Shown here: positions 10,574-23,641 of the stretch, one piece after another | How positions within the stretch are numbered: the first letter of the stretch is position 1 | How the letters are laid out: every line of letters begins with the position of its first letter | Origin: Raja brachyura | Lineage: Eukaryota | Direction: 5' to 3' | NCBI GenBank assembly: GCA_963514005.1 | Contig: OY740783.1 | Coordinates: forward strand, 99,324,001-99,388,000 | Length of the DNA stretch: 64,000 nucleotides | Made by a program: the position numbers and the translations under genes | The notes under the pieces: generated by a model | Databases searched by the model: none | What the model was told of the DNA's origin: nothing | What the model saw: the letters and a program-made list of their open reading frames with translations, nothing else

Positions 10574-10587
10574 CCAGCAGGTGGCGC
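10574..10587 (+). promoter_or_regulatory. Candidate CTCF site
   Basis: CCAGCAGGTGGCGC matches the CTCF core consensus, in apparently non-repetitive sequence. Confidence 0.45.
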
Positions 10588-10977
10588 CACGCCACAATAT
10601 TTCACCAAATGGTACCAAAGTCTCCACCTCCGAAATGTGAAAGCTGAACCACCACTTCCAAGCTCCAGGGATATCTTTCCCTAAATCCTCTAGTGATAAC
10701 CATCTCTAAAACATAACCTTTACTGCACACAAGCAAAATATCAGCAACTGTTCAAGGGACAACGGGCTTTCTCATGGGATAGTATATTATAACTACTTTA
10801 TTGTCAATTAAAGCTTTGTTTTGCATATAATCTGGTAAAATCATATTATACTTAAGCACTATCATACAGAGGAAAGGAGTGCAACAATTGTAATTTATTT
10901 GTAGTGGATCATTTATCAGCCACAGTTAACAGAAGTTATCTCAGAACATACAGGGCATGATTTGCAAGTTTTTTGAT

Positions 10978-11855
10978 ACAAAGTTAGTGGTTTTGCAGAT
11001 AGTGAAGATGGTTGTGAACGACTGCAGCAGGATCTGGACCGATTGGCCAGATGGACGGAGGAATGGTTGATGGAATTTAATACAGAGAAGCGTGAGGTGA
11101 CATTTTGGGACGTCGAACAAGGGCAGGACCTATACAGTAAATGGGTAGTGTTGTAGAGCAGAGGGATCTAGGGGTACAGGTGCATGGTTGGTTCCTTGTA
11201 GGTCGATGCGCAGGTAGATGAGGTGGACAAAAAGGCTTTTGGCACTTTGGCCTTCATTAGTCAGAGTATTGAGTATAGAAGTTGGGAGGTCATGCTGCAG
11301 CTGTATGAGACGTTGGTGAGACCGCATTTAGAATATTGTGTTCAGTCCTGGGCACCATGTTATAGGAAAGATATTGTCAAGCATGAAAGGGTTCAGAAAT
11401 GATTTACAAGGATGTTGCCAGCACTCGTGGCTGTGAGCTATAGGTAGAGGTTGAGTAGTTTGGGTCTATTCCATGGAGCACAGGAGGATGAGGGGAGATA
11501 CAAAATCATGAGCGGAATAGATCGGGTAGATGCACAGTCTTTTGTCCAGAATGGGGGAATCGAGGACCAGAGGACATAAGTTTAAGGTGAAGGGGGAAAG
11601 ATTTTAATAGGAATCCGAGGGGTAACTTTTTCACACAAAGGCTGGTGGGTGTATGAAACAAGCTGCCAGAGGAGGTAGTTGAGGCTGGGAATATCCCATT
11701 GTTTAAGAAACAGTTAAACAGGTACATGGATAGGACAGGTTTGGAGGGATATGGACCAAGCGCAGGCAAGTGGGACTAGTGTAGCTGGGACATTGTTGGC
11801 TGGTGTGGACGAGTTGGGCCTAAGAGCCTGTTTCCACACTGTATTACTCTATGAC
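10978..11855 (+). mobile_element. CR1/HER1 3' fragment, degenerate ORF2
   Basis: LQQDLDRLARW.., YETLVRPHLEYCVQ, 3' end GCCTGTTTCCACACTGTAT..CTCTATGA. Confidence 0.85.
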
Positions 11856-12407
11856 CATGCGGGTTGATATAAAGACTTGTGAGACAGAATGCTGGAGTAA
11901 GTAGCTTAGGCAGCATCTCAGGAGAACATGGATAGGTGACCTTTTGGGTCTGGACCCTTCTTCAGATTGATTGTAGGAAGGTGGGTGGAAAGAAAGCTGG
12001 AGAAGAGAAGGGGCAGGATAAAGTCTGGCAATTAATAGGCCAAAGAAGCCTTCTCTCCAGAGATGCTGCCTGTCCCGCTGAGTTACTCCAGCTTTTTGTG
12101 TCTATCTTCAGTTTAAACCAGCATCTGCAGTTCCTTCCTACACAATTAGCAGGTTAAGACAACAAAAAAGACAGACTTCTCTACAATTCTCTAGCATCTT
12201 TCACACAACATTTCAGGACATCTTTACAGCCACATCTTTACAATATCATTTTGAAGTCTCGCCACTGTTATAATTTTGAAAACACCGCAAACAGACTCCC
12301 ATAGTGAGCAGTGACAATATGATTCTTGAACCTTTCTGGAAGAAGCCTTATGATTAACTTTACTTAGGGTTTGGACATACTAGAGGCAGGAAACATGTTC
12401 CCGATAT

Positions 12408-13532
12408 GAGCGTGGAAACAGGCCCATCGGACCACTGAGTCTGAGCCGATCGTCGTCGTGGCTTTCCCTTGATAGTTCCGTTGTTTTAATGGACTCTCAG
12501 GTGGCTTACGAGTCCAATCCTAGCTTTGAAAGTTCTATGGCATTCAGGACAGGAAATTCCAGATGGCAGATCGGGCTTTGGTTGTTGCTGCCTCTCTTTC
12601 CGTTTTCTTCTCTTTTCTTCTAATTCTGCAAATCTGTTGGCTTTGAAGGTCGCTGTTCCTTCTTAGATGATGGTTTGCCAGAGTTTCCTGTCCTTGGCAT
12701 TGGTTTCCCAATTGTCGATGTTGATTTCACATTTCTTCAGGCTGGCTTTTAAGGCATCTTTGAATCGCTTCTTTTGTCCGCCTCTTTTACGTTTGCCTTT
12801 TTTAAGCTGGGAGTAGAAGGTTTGCTTTGATAGACGCTTGTCTTCCATCCGAACAACATGACCGACCCATCTTAGTTGGTTCTTGATGATGAAGGCTTCG
12901 ATGCTAGATGTTTTTGCTTCATTCAGACGCTGACGTTAGTTCTTCTGTCTTCCCAGCTGATATTTAAGCTGCTTCGAAGACATCGTTGATGGAACTTTTC
13001 AAGTGTTTTCAGATGGCGTTGGGATGTTGTCCAGGTTCCTGATGCATACAGGAACGTTGGAATCACCACTGCCTTGTATACTAACATTTAGGTTTCTGTT
13101 TGGATGTCATGATTTTGAAAGGCTCTCGTTCGAAGATGTCCAAAAGCTGTTCCAGCACACTTAAGACAATGTAGGATCTCGTCATCAAGGTCGACATTGG
13201 AAGAGAGGTGACTTCCAAGGGACAGAAAGTGATCCACATTTTCCAGGGTAGTTTCACCCAGTTGAATTGATGGTTCTTTCCGATTTGTCTCATTTGTTTC
13301 AGCAATAACCCCATACATTAGCACGATCCTACACACTAGGGACAATTTACAATTAACTGAAGCCATTTAACATACAAACCTGTATTTCTTTGGAGCACCT
13401 GGGGAGAATCCTATGCGATCACCAGGAGAACATACAAACTGTGCAGAGACAGCACATATAGTCAGAATCAAACCTGGGTCTCTGGTGCACAGTTGTCTCT
13501 GGCAACTCTACCGCTACGCCACCATGCTACCC
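12408..13532 (-). mobile_element. HE1-type SINE split by an RTE insertion
   Basis: Tail at 12408-12448, body and tRNA-like head at 13306-13532 on the minus strand. Confidence 0.65.
12449..13305 (-). mobile_element. RTE-clade LINE 3' fragment
   Basis: LENVDHFLSLGS..AFGHL and RLSKQTFYSQLKKGKRKRGGQKKRFKDALKASLK; (ACG)n tail. Confidence 0.88.
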
Positions 13533-15035
13533 TAAATTAACTGCTCTAGATTGGATCACGTGAACCATTCTTATCAGTGGGTGCAGCTCAGAGCCTTTGC
13601 CTCATGATTCCAGTGATCCACTTATGATCTCTGTTTCACTCTGCTTGGAGGTTTCACATTCGGCCGTGACCACATGGGCTTATTCCAGGTGCTCACGCTT
13701 TCTTCAGCATCCTAAAGATCTGTGCGTAATAGAGTGATTGGTGGCTGTAAACTTCTCTTAAGTGTGTAGATGACTGATAGAATCTGATTGGGAGTTGACG
13801 CAAATGGAGGGCGAACAAAATGAGAATGGGTGCTTGATGGTAAGCATGGAGTCGGTGGGCTGAAGGGCCTGTATCTTTGCTGAATAACAATAGGTCTTGG
13901 CAATTATGACCACTGCTCAGAATACAGACAAACTGTGTTGGCTACCTTACCACATCCTTAACTGTGCAAATCCTTTGGCTTGGTTGGGCTACACTCTTGC
14001 CTCCCACTTCCTACCTCTGTAATCTCTTCCATCTTTGTAATGCTCTGAGAGACATGTGTTAATCCTGTTCTAATTTATTGTCAATCTTAGATCACAGGTT
14101 CATATGTGATACGAGCAGAATTAGGCCATTGGGCCCATCAAGTCTACTATTCCATTCAATCATGGCTAGATCTTTCTCCTCAATCCTATTATCCTGCCTT
14201 CTCCCCATAACCCCTGACATCCATACTAATCAAGAATCTGTTAATCTCCACCTTGAAAATATGTATTGACTTGGCCTCCAAAGCCTTCTGTGGCAGTGAA
14301 TTCCACAAATTCACAACCCTTTGACTAAAGCACTGTTACTCCATTGACAACTGAACATAGACACAAGGAAGAACCTAGACAATAGGAGCAGCAAGTATGC
14401 TGTGTAATCCTTCATGCATGCCCCACCTTTCAATATGATCATGGCTGATCTGCCCCAGGCCTCAACTCCTCCTCTGTGTCAGCTCCCCTCAATTCCCCGA
14501 TCTTTCAAAAAATGAACAGCTTCCTCTTTAAAATACACCTAAAGATCCAGCCTCCACACCCCTCTGTGAGAAGAAATTCTTGTGCCTCTCAGTTTTAAGT
14601 ATCTGCCCCTTTATTTCATGCTGTGCCCACAGAAATACTATCGTTCAGATGAGGTATTAAGCTGGGGCCTCATCTGCCCTCTTTGAATATTAAACATCTT
14701 AAGAGCACTATTTTGATTTTTTTTTTACCATATTATTGCTGTGATCAATAATTATCCATAGACCCATTACATTTTGCTGTTGGTGGGATCATTCTATACT
14801 CGTAATCACTGGCACTTATCAGGAGATAACATTGGCTGTCAGTAGGTTGGGAAATATCAGCAATAATAGTTTTTTTTAAAGTTTGTGCAAGAAGTGGTGA
14901 TACTATGAGTGTTCATCCAGATCTAGTGGGAACCTTTTGTTGAACCCAATGGATAAACGTACATATTAAAAATAATGGCATACACTGAGTTGCACATGTT
15001 TAACTGTGATTGTTTTCAACTAGTGTAAAATATTT

Positions 15036-15690
15036 TGTGGCACAGTGGAAGAGTTGCTGCCTCAAAGCACCAGAAACCAGAGAGATGGAGCGGCTGGGCT
15101 TGTATACTCTGGAATTTACAAGGATGATAGGGTATCTTATTGAAACATAAGATTATTAAGTGTTTGGACACGCTAGAGGCAGGAAACATGTTCCCGATGT
15201 TGGGGGGAGTCCAGAACCAGGGGCCACAGTTTAGAACAGAGATGAGGAAACACCTTTTCACACAGAGAGTTGTGAGTCTGTGGAATTCTCCGCCTCAGAT
15301 GGCAGTGGAGTCCGGTTCTCTGGATACTTTCAAGAGAGAGCTAGATAGGGCTCTTAAAGATAGTGGAGTTAGGGGATATGGGGAGAAGGCAGGAACGGGG
15401 TAGTGATTGGGGATGATGAGCCATGAACACATTGAATGGCAGTGTTGGCTCGAAGGGCCGAATGGCCTACTCCTGCACCTATTGTCTATTGTCTATTGAT
15501 TACGGATGCTGGCTGTACGGAGTTTATACATTCTCCCTCTGACTGCATGAGTTTTCTCTGAGTGCTCCGGTTTCCTCCCACATTCCAAAGATGTGCAGGT
15601 TTGTAGGTGGTAACTAGTGTACGGGTTCACAGGTCAGCACGGACTCGGTGGGCTGAAGGCCCTATTTCCATGTTGTATCTCTAAACTAAT
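15036..15690 (+). mobile_element. HE1-type SINE interrupted by CR1 3' fragment (about 15083-15499)
   Basis: SINE head GTGGCACAGTGGAAGAGTTGCTGCC, CR1 piece ending CTATTGTCTATTG, SINE core resumes near 15500. Confidence 0.8.
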
Positions 15691-15899
15691 TATATAGGAG
15701 GAAATAAATAATTTATTTGCTACATTTCAGGTCTGCGCTTTGAGTGTGCTTTATTTGATTATTAAGCTCAAGGGGTGTAAAATAAATTAGATTGACCTGG
15801 GATATACAGATAGAAATAGACCATTCAGGTTAACCAGTCCGCCTTGGCTTGTATTGCCTCCTCCCATCTTATCCAAATCTGTCAGAGTAACTGGAGACA

Positions 15900-16632
15900 C
15901 ACTGCACAGTGTCACAGCTGGTAGAGCTGCTACCTCACAGCACAAATGACCTGGGTTTGATCTCGGCTACTGTCTGCATGGATCATAAGATCATAAGATA
16001 TGAGCAAAATTGGACTACTCTGTCATTCAATCATGGCTGATCTATCTCTCCCTCCTAACCCAATTTTCCTGCCTTCTCCCCATAACCTCTGACACCCGTA
16101 CTAATCAAAAATCTATCTCTGCCTTAAATATATCCACTGACTGCCTCCACAGGCACCTGTGGCAAAGAATTCCACAGATTCACCACCCTCTGACTAAAGA
16201 AATTCCTCCTCATCTCCTTCCTTAATTCTGAGGCTATGATCGCTAATCCTAGACTCTACCACTGGTGGAAATATCCTCCCCACATCCACTCTATTCAAGC
16301 CTTTCACTATTCTGTACATTTCAATGAGATTTCCCCTCATTCTTCTAAACTCCAGCGAGTACAGGCCCAGTGCCGTCAAACGTGGAGTTTGCACGTTCTC
16401 CCTGTGATCATGCGAGTTTCCTCTGGGTGCTCCAGCATCCCCCCAAAACATGTGGTTTTGTAAGTTAATTGGCCTCTGTAAATTGTCCCCAATGTGTACA
16501 GAGTTGATGAGAAAGTGGGATATCATGGTACCAGTGTGAACTGGTGATCAATGATCAGTGAGACTTGGTGGGCTTATGGGCCTAATTTCATGCTGTATAT
16601 CTAAAGTAAAACTAAACTAAACCTAAACTAAA
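15900..16632 (+). mobile_element. HE1-type SINE interrupted by minus-strand CR1 3' fragment (about 15983-16380)
   Basis: Head GGTAGAGCTGCTACCTCACAGC, core resumes GTGGAGTTTGCACGTTCTCC, tail (AAACT)n. Confidence 0.75.
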
Positions 16633-17329
16633 GATGCTGGACAGTGGAAGGAATAGACAGATAGTGTTTTGAGTCGGGACCCATCTTCAGATTGAGCTGT
16701 TTAGTTCCTTCGGCACTTTGTATTTTGCTTCATCAGAGTAACCCCTTGAGAAAGGAGCCTCGAGGAAAAAACATTGTCTATTCAAGCCAGTGATGATAGA
16801 GGTATAAAGCAGTGGCCGTCAGGCAGTGTTCCTGGCCACTTCAGCTCGCCCACACATGTCTCACAATGTGTGCTCACCTGTAACAAGTCAGGATCAAAAT
16901 CATCTCCAATGTTAACCAGCCTCCCACGCTCAATTTCCAAAGAAAAGTCTAGCAAAACGGTAACAAGTAATTATTGAAGTCTGCACATTGTTTAAGTCAA
17001 TGATTCATGAATCGTAATGTTTCCTTTACAGAGAGCACAAGTCCTTCCTATTCTACCCAGACCATGACCAAGACCTAATCTTACAGATCTGTCAAACTAC
17101 GCATTGCAGCAATGGTACTCCACTTGAGTGATTGTTTTCACAAAACAAAATAGCAGAAAATCAGAAGAAATACTCAGCATCTTCGACTTCTTCAATGGTT
17201 AGAAAAGCAGTGTTAGCATATGCATTGTTGAATCTATATTGAAACTGGGAAGGAATTGATTTCCTATTGTGGTTGGGCTGAGCCTGGGGAATTATGCAGT
17301 GTGAAGTAAAGAATAAGAGGGGGTAGGAA

Positions 17330-17490
17330 AGGGTGAGAGTTCTCCCCACTATCCAGGACAATATTCACTAACAATCTGCATACAAAAAAAAGCTTTTCAT
17401 TATTACATGGCCTTAGATAGCTTTGTGTGCGCAAATTGACTGCTGGGATTTTTACATTAAAAAGTGGATTGCATTTCCAACGTTCCCCGA
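17330..17490 (+). mobile_element. Deu-domain SINE remnant (similar remnants near 12170-12330 minus and 14640-14800)
   Basis: GAGTTCTCCCC..TCCAGGACAATATT..TGTGCGCAAATTGACTGC resembles the DeuSINE core as I recall it. Confidence 0.45.
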
Positions 17491-17779
17491 TGAATGTTGT
17501 GACTTGCAGTGGCATGAAAGTGAATTACTTGAACTCTGTCCATGTTTTTAAAATTCAATAATAATTTGGCACCATCCCATTTACAAATCAAATCCTATCG
17601 GCCGCCAAATATCTAAGGTAATTCTGTATAAATGCTGTACAAACAAGAAAAGGTAGGGACTCTAAAGTTCGATGTGATTTAAAAAAATGCCATCCATATA
17701 TCTTGGCTTCGACAAATGGAACCAGAACCTTTCCTACCCACAGAATATCTTTTATATCTAGAAGCAATATTCCTGAAAG

Positions 17780-18137
17780 TGTATAAAATCATGAGAGGAA
17801 TAAATCGGGTAGATGCCCAGAATCTCTTGCCCAGAGTGGGGGAATCAAGGAAAAGATGGACATAGGTTCAAGGTGAAGGGGAAAAGATTTAGTAGGAATC
17901 TGAGGGGTAACTTTTTCACACAAAGGGTGGTGGGTGTATGGAACAAGCTGCCAGAGGAGGTAGTTGAGGCTGGGAATATCCCAACATTTAAGAAACAGTT
18001 AAACAGGTACATGGATAGGACAAGTTTGGAGGGGTATGGACCAAATGCAGGCAGGTGGGACAAGTGCAGCTGGGACATGTTGACCGATGTGGGCAAATTG
18101 GGCTGAAGGGCCTGTTTCCACACTGTATCGCTCTATG
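17780..18137 (+). mobile_element. CR1/HER1 3' fragment
   Basis: GHRFKVKG..FFTQRVVGVWNKLPEEVVEA; close to 11505-11855. Confidence 0.88.
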
Positions 18138-18355
18138 AAAGTCAGAAAGTCTGTCCACTTATTCACATCCTATTTCCTCAAAATGCTATTTTTTCAAAAC
18201 ACCAAAATGAGTCAGTAAACCAGGGAGACCCTGCATATTTGCATCACATTTCACATTCCTTTCAAGTAATGCCAAAGCAGTTTACACCAATAAATTGTTT
18301 TCCAATTCAAAGCATTATCAATGCAGTGTATAATACAAGCTTTGCACTATTTAGC

Positions 18356-18541
18356 CATTGGTAGGTCCAGGTGGACTGAGCGGGAGTATTCAGCGACGAT
18401 GTCGCCCAGTCTGCGTTTAATCTCGCCGATGTATAAGAGATGTGAAGGGTCTCGACCCCAAACGTCACCTATTCCTTCTCTCCAGAGATGCTGTCTGACC
18501 CACTGAGTTACTCCACCTTTTTGTGTCCATCTTTAACCATT
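18356..18541. mobile_element. Penelope fragment: inverted GIY-YIG piece joined to a pLTR
   Basis: Minus strand 18360-18442 reads HLLYIGEIKRRLGD; plus strand continues GAAGGGTCTCGACCCAAAACGTCACC..; flanks TTTAGCCATT / TTTAACCATT. Confidence 0.75.
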
Positions 18542-18866
18542 ATTCATCCCTGTTCTCAGTCATACAGCAGGGATACTGGCCTTTTGGCCCAACCTGTCCA
18601 TGCTAACCAAGCTACCCCATCCAAGCAAGTTCCACTTGCCTACGCTTGGCCCATATCTCTCCAAATCTTTCCTTTCCTCATACCTGTTCAAATGTTTCTT
18701 AAATGTTGTTTATGTATTTGCATGAAACAACTTTCTCTCGCAAAATGTTCTATATATACCCATAACCTTCTGTGTAAAAAAAATCCCCCTCTGATTCCTA
18801 TTAAATCTTTCCCATTCACATTAAACCCACGTCCTCAATTTGTGCCTTTCACGGAATGATGGCCAC

Positions 18867-19483
18867 CACCAACCCCGCACCAACCCCGCACCAGCCCCGC
18901 ACCAGCCCCGCACCAATCCGCCACCAACCCCACCCGCACCAGCCCCGCACCAGCCCCACACCAGCCTCACACCAACCCCACCCACACCAGCCCCACACCA
19001 ACCCCACCCACACCAGCCCCGCACCAGCCCCACACCAACCCCACCCACACCAGCCCCGCACCAGCCCCACACCAGCCCCACCCGCACCAGCCCCACACCA
19101 ACCCCACACCAACCCCACACCCACACCAACCCCGCACCCACACCACACCAGCCCCACACCCACACCAACCCCGCACCCACACCACACCAGCCCCACACCC
19201 ACACCAACCCCGCACCCACACCACACCAGCCCCACACCCACACCAACCCCGCACCCACACCACACCAGCCCCGCACCAGCCCCACACCAGCCCCACACCA
19301 GCCCCACACCCACACCAGCCCCGCACCAACCCCGCACCAACCCCGCACCAACCCCGCACCCACACCACACCCACACCACACCCACACCAGCCCCGCACCC
19401 ACACCAGCCCCACACCAGCCCGGTACCAGCCCCGCACCAGCCCCACACCAGCCCGGCATCAGCCCTGCACCGGCCCCGCACAG
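18867..19483. repeat. C-rich compound minisatellite
   Basis: 11-mers ACCA(G/A)CCCC(G/A)C mixed with ACCCAC/ACCAC; 39-bp higher-order unit repeated in about 19123-19265; almost no T on the plus strand. Confidence 0.95.
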
Positions 19484-20453
19484 CATGACCACAATTAAAA
19501 CCCCAGCCATGAGGGGGCCAAGGCTCAGGCACAACTCCACAAATTCCACCTGGTTCTTGTGTACAGCCTGACCAAGCTGCAATGGGGAGAAGGCAGAAGA
19601 ATGGGGTTAGGAGGGAGATTTAGATCAGCCATGATTGAATGGCGGAGTAGACGTGATGGGCCGGATGGCCGAATTCTGCTCCCATCTCTTAGGCGCTTAT
19701 GATAAAACAGCACAAAGAATACTGCTTATCAACTCAACAGCCTGCAAGTGATGCATGCCTGAAAATCATTCCTCAGCTGCACCCCTGCCTGAGGATAGCC
19801 TGTACATTCTAATGCATGTTTTCATTGAATTTATTGGCCATTGTATGCAAAGGTAATCCTTGAGTAAATAAACCAAGAATATCAGACACTGCTCCACAAT
19901 TTGGAAGATGCAATCACCTCTGGAATTGGACTTCTTTGTTCAGGTTTATACCTAGGGTATAATGTTGTCTGGGGAAAGGTAATCCAGGCCAAACTTCGGC
20001 TAAACATGACTAGAATGCTGCCTGAACACTTGACACTTGATAGGCGTGTAAGTGTTGCTTAATCATCAGCACAATGGCCAAAGGTAGAATGTGAAAGGAC
20101 AGCAATTAGCTGGGTTGGACATGGTTCTTTGTTGCGGCCAGGCAAATCTGGGCCATAAGTAGCTGCCAGTATTACATTACATTGCTGCTAGATCTTGCAC
20201 AGTCGTGGGAGCTCTGCTTGTGCTCTTCATTTATTCAAAAACAAAATGTTTTTTTTTAAAAGGCGAAGGAAATGAACTGGATAAGTGAACCTTTTCCTCA
20301 GTAGCAGAATAAGTAATGCCAGGATTACACTTGGGTGACTTGTATTATCTTTAGATGGACCTAAAAGCTGCAATTGATAGCTCAGCTAACATTGTAGCAT
20401 CATCTCTCTAGTCTGGATTTTTCCTTTGTCTCTTATAAAAGTGCTTAAACTTA

Positions 20454-20914
20454 AGGGCCTGTCCCACTTACGCGACTTTGGCTCGCAAATTACGCGACCT
20501 CGTGGTCGCTTGGGGCGTACGGGCACCGTATGGTCGCACGGGGCCGGTCCCACTTAGAAGTTGTGCGGGGCTGGTCCCGACATCAACTCCGAAAATCTGA
20601 CAGTGTCCGAAATCTTCCTGTGCCAATGGCCTGTCAGCACGCAGGCGCATTACAGTCGTATGCAGTGTCTTGACAGCGTACGCCTAGCACGTGGCATTGC
20701 ACGATGACGTCACCGCCCGGCGTGGCTTTGCGTGATGACGTCACCGCCCGATGCCGTGCGACGCCCAAATTCAGTTGGCCTGCCTCCTGCCCAGCTGATT
20801 GGTAAGTATGACGCAAATGACGTCACACGTGTACTTAGCGCGAACTTCGCGTGAACTCCGCTTCCGTTTGGTCGGCCCAAACGCATGCAATCGCATGCAA
20901 GTGGGACAGGCCCT
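20454..20914. mobile_element. MITE, PIF/Harbinger-like (copy 1)
   Basis: TIR AGGGCCTGTCCCACTT / AAGTGGGACAGGCCCT, flanks TTA and TAA; non-coding CpG-rich interior. Confidence 0.85.
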
Positions 20915-21384
20915 TAACTTCTAATGAAGGTTTGACTACACGTCCCAACCAGAAAGTCTGGTCAATGTTATGCAGACAAGATAGAGAATCACTACCTCTA
21001 ATATTACTGTCAGTAGATGTTGCTTGACAGTGGGGAACTGGCACAGCAATTCCCAAGGGCTGTCTCTCACTACTGGCACTGGACAGTCTATGTTACACAC
21101 ACATACTGCTGCCTCTCTAACTGTCCAGCACTCCTTACCACTGGGCCTCGAATAGTGCAGCAACCTTTCAGAACCACTCATCAAGCACACAAGCACCCTT
21201 TCCAAAAGCGAGCACCTCTTAGGACTGACTATCCCAGAGCCCAACACTCCTTCAGATATTGCCCTTCCAGCAGTGTGGCATCCACCCAGAACTTCTCCCC
21301 AACAGATCAGCATTGTGCAGTTGTGCCCTTCCAACAGTGTGACGCTGCCTCAGTACCAATCCCCTTACTGTGAAGGACCCTTGA

Positions 21385-22530
21385 TTCAGGACCTTGCAGA
21401 GATACCTGTACTCAGGGTGTCCACCCAGGTGGCACGTGCTGGCGACGCACTTTTTCCAACGGGGCCATTGCCTTCAAGGAGGTACGCGGATCCCGATGGT
21501 GGGCGTCAGCCGTGCGGTCCTGCTGGGGATGCCCGGCTTCTACAGGGACTTGTTGAGAGTCTGGAACCTGGTCGCCGTCGACTGGGCCCCCCCTCCGCCG
21601 GCGGCGGGCGACGGCCCGGGCGTGAGTGCAGCCGGCCCTTATCCCGCCCCACCGGGTGTCGGGGGGCTGAAACGTGTGGAGTACTTGTGGTTGAGCAAAC
21701 CCCGGGGAGGCGGTCCCACACAATTTGAGCCACCTTTCCTCGACACCCTTCACCTCCCTCCGTGACGCAGGGAGGCGTGTCCTGGACGAGCTCCTCCTCC
21801 ACACCCTGCACTTCCTCGCCCTGGTCGACCGTCCCGACACCAAGTGGCGGTCGGTGTTGCCTTCCGGTCGTGAGGGGGGCCCCAGGTGAGGGTCCCTCTA
21901 CGCAGGGATTCTCCCCCACTACATTGGGGACCTGGGGTGGAGGGTATTGCGCCGAGGAGTTCCCCGCAACCTGTTTCTCTCGCGGTTCACAGACTCGCCA
22001 GCCGCCCGCCACTACTGCGGGCTGGAAGAGTCTGTGTACCACGTGTATGTGGAGTGCGTGAGGCTGCAGCCACTGTTTGAATACCTGAAGGGGCTGCTCC
22101 TTGCCTTCTGGCTGCATTTTTCACCCACCATCCTCACCTTTGGACACCCTGTGCGTAGGGGAGAGGGTAGGGCTGAAGATATCCTGGTTGGGTTGCTCCT
22201 GGGCCTGGCCAAGCTGGCCATCTGCGAGTCACGGCACCAGGCGGTGGAGGGCTTTACCCGAACCAGCTGCCTGCCCCTTTTCCGGGGTTACGCCCACGCC
22301 CGGGTGGGGTTAGAAAGAGACTATGCCCTGTCCACGGGCACCATGAGGGATTTCAGGTACTGCTGGGCACGGTGTTGAATGTATCCTCAATAAGGATTGT
22401 AACACGATTGCATAGTAGTTTATTTAGGTTATCTGTTTGTATTGTATTATGGTGGTGGGTTCTGGTTTGTTTTATTGTAGTGTAAATATTATTTTTAAAT
22501 AATTGAATACATTTTTTCATTAAAAAAAAA
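21385..22530 (+). mobile_element. Tx1-clade LINE 3' fragment
   Basis: LQRYLY..PPRW, GDLGWRVL, zinc-knuckle CGLEESVYHVYVEC, LGLAKLAI; T-rich 3' UTR and poly(A) at 22522-22530. Confidence 0.85.
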
Positions 22531-22839
22531 CTGTAATGCACTCCCTATGTGATTTTATGAAACATGATGGAGGCCATGGCCATTGGAATCCCAGACACCC
22601 AGGTCAGTCATTATTACAGACATGGGTCACAGCTGGCATGACAGGGTCACAGGGTGGCGAGGACATTAAAAGGCACAACGTGGTTTCATAGAAACAAGGA
22701 ACTGCAGATGCTTATCTACAAAAAAAGTCACAAAGTGCTGGAGTAACTGAGCAGGTCATACAGTATCTCTGGTGAACATGATAAGTGATGTTTCAGATCG
22801 GGGCCGTTTGTCGGATTCATAGATGTGGTAACATTTTCC

Positions 22840-23641
22840 AAGCCAAAGAAGATCTTCATCCAGAAAAATGCTGGTCTATCCACAGCCAAGTCACCAGACA
22901 GGGGGCCAACAGGGTAGTGTCAGATACGGCAAGCATTGAGGCAGGGGTATCTCGGCAAGCTGCGGCCAGGCACGCCAGCAGGCCCAGCTCTCCCACCATG
23001 AACAGAGGATTCACCTGGAAGGCCTGGTTCACCCATCGTTGACCGGGGACCCATCCGCTAGGGACCACAGATGGAGGACCAGCCCGGAAGCCCCGGCTCG
23101 CCCACCACGGACCAAAGACATGGATCATGGACCGGGAACCCGCCTGGAATTCCCGGATTGCCTGCCCAGAGTGGAAGGAGTTGGACGGACGGCCGGTAAG
23201 CAGACCAGCAGTGGGAGAGAGTGTAGTGCATCAACAATGGAGTGGGCCGCTAGAGGCCCCACAACAGCCTGGGACTCAGCTGGACCAGGTGCCACTCCAA
23301 GAGGCCCAGATCGTGGACTGAACATGGCCTACAGCAGTGAAGCAACAGTGGAGCTGCAATGCCACCAGAACAATGGACCTTCATGGTCAGGTCAAAAAAC
23401 CTATACTTACAAACCTTACATTCGAAAATAGTGCCAAAAACTAGTGACTCAACATACTGTCTCAGTGTACTACTGTTACACACTTGCAATGTATCTGAGA
23501 TGCTTATCTAAGGTGTATCTAGGTGTTTATGTATAATGATATTTGTACTGAACTGCATTCTAAAGTGAATGTCACTGTACTTCAGTGCACGTGACAAATA
23601 AAGTACCATTGTACCAAATAAAGTACCATTGCACCATTGTA
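22840..23641 (+). mobile_element. GC-rich non-coding element with Rex1-like tail
   Basis: Ends GAATGTCACTGTAC..GTGACAAATAAAGTACCATTG with the tail duplicated; 5' boundary uncertain. Confidence 0.45.

Noticed and set aside
15036-16632. Two adjacent HE1 SINEs both interrupted by CR1, suggesting targeting
   Set aside because: Insertion points and orientations differ; both families are abundant, so chance suffices.
18821-19582. Pro/His/Thr-rich and Gly/Val/Trp-rich ORFs of 159-253 aa; possible CRISPR-like array
   Set aside because: Open frames result from a T-free minisatellite; no unique spacers.
20936-21373. ORFs of 118-132 aa upstream of the Tx1 fragment
   Set aside because: No recognisable motifs or splice context; region contains decayed SINE-like CAGTGTG..CCTCAGTAC words.
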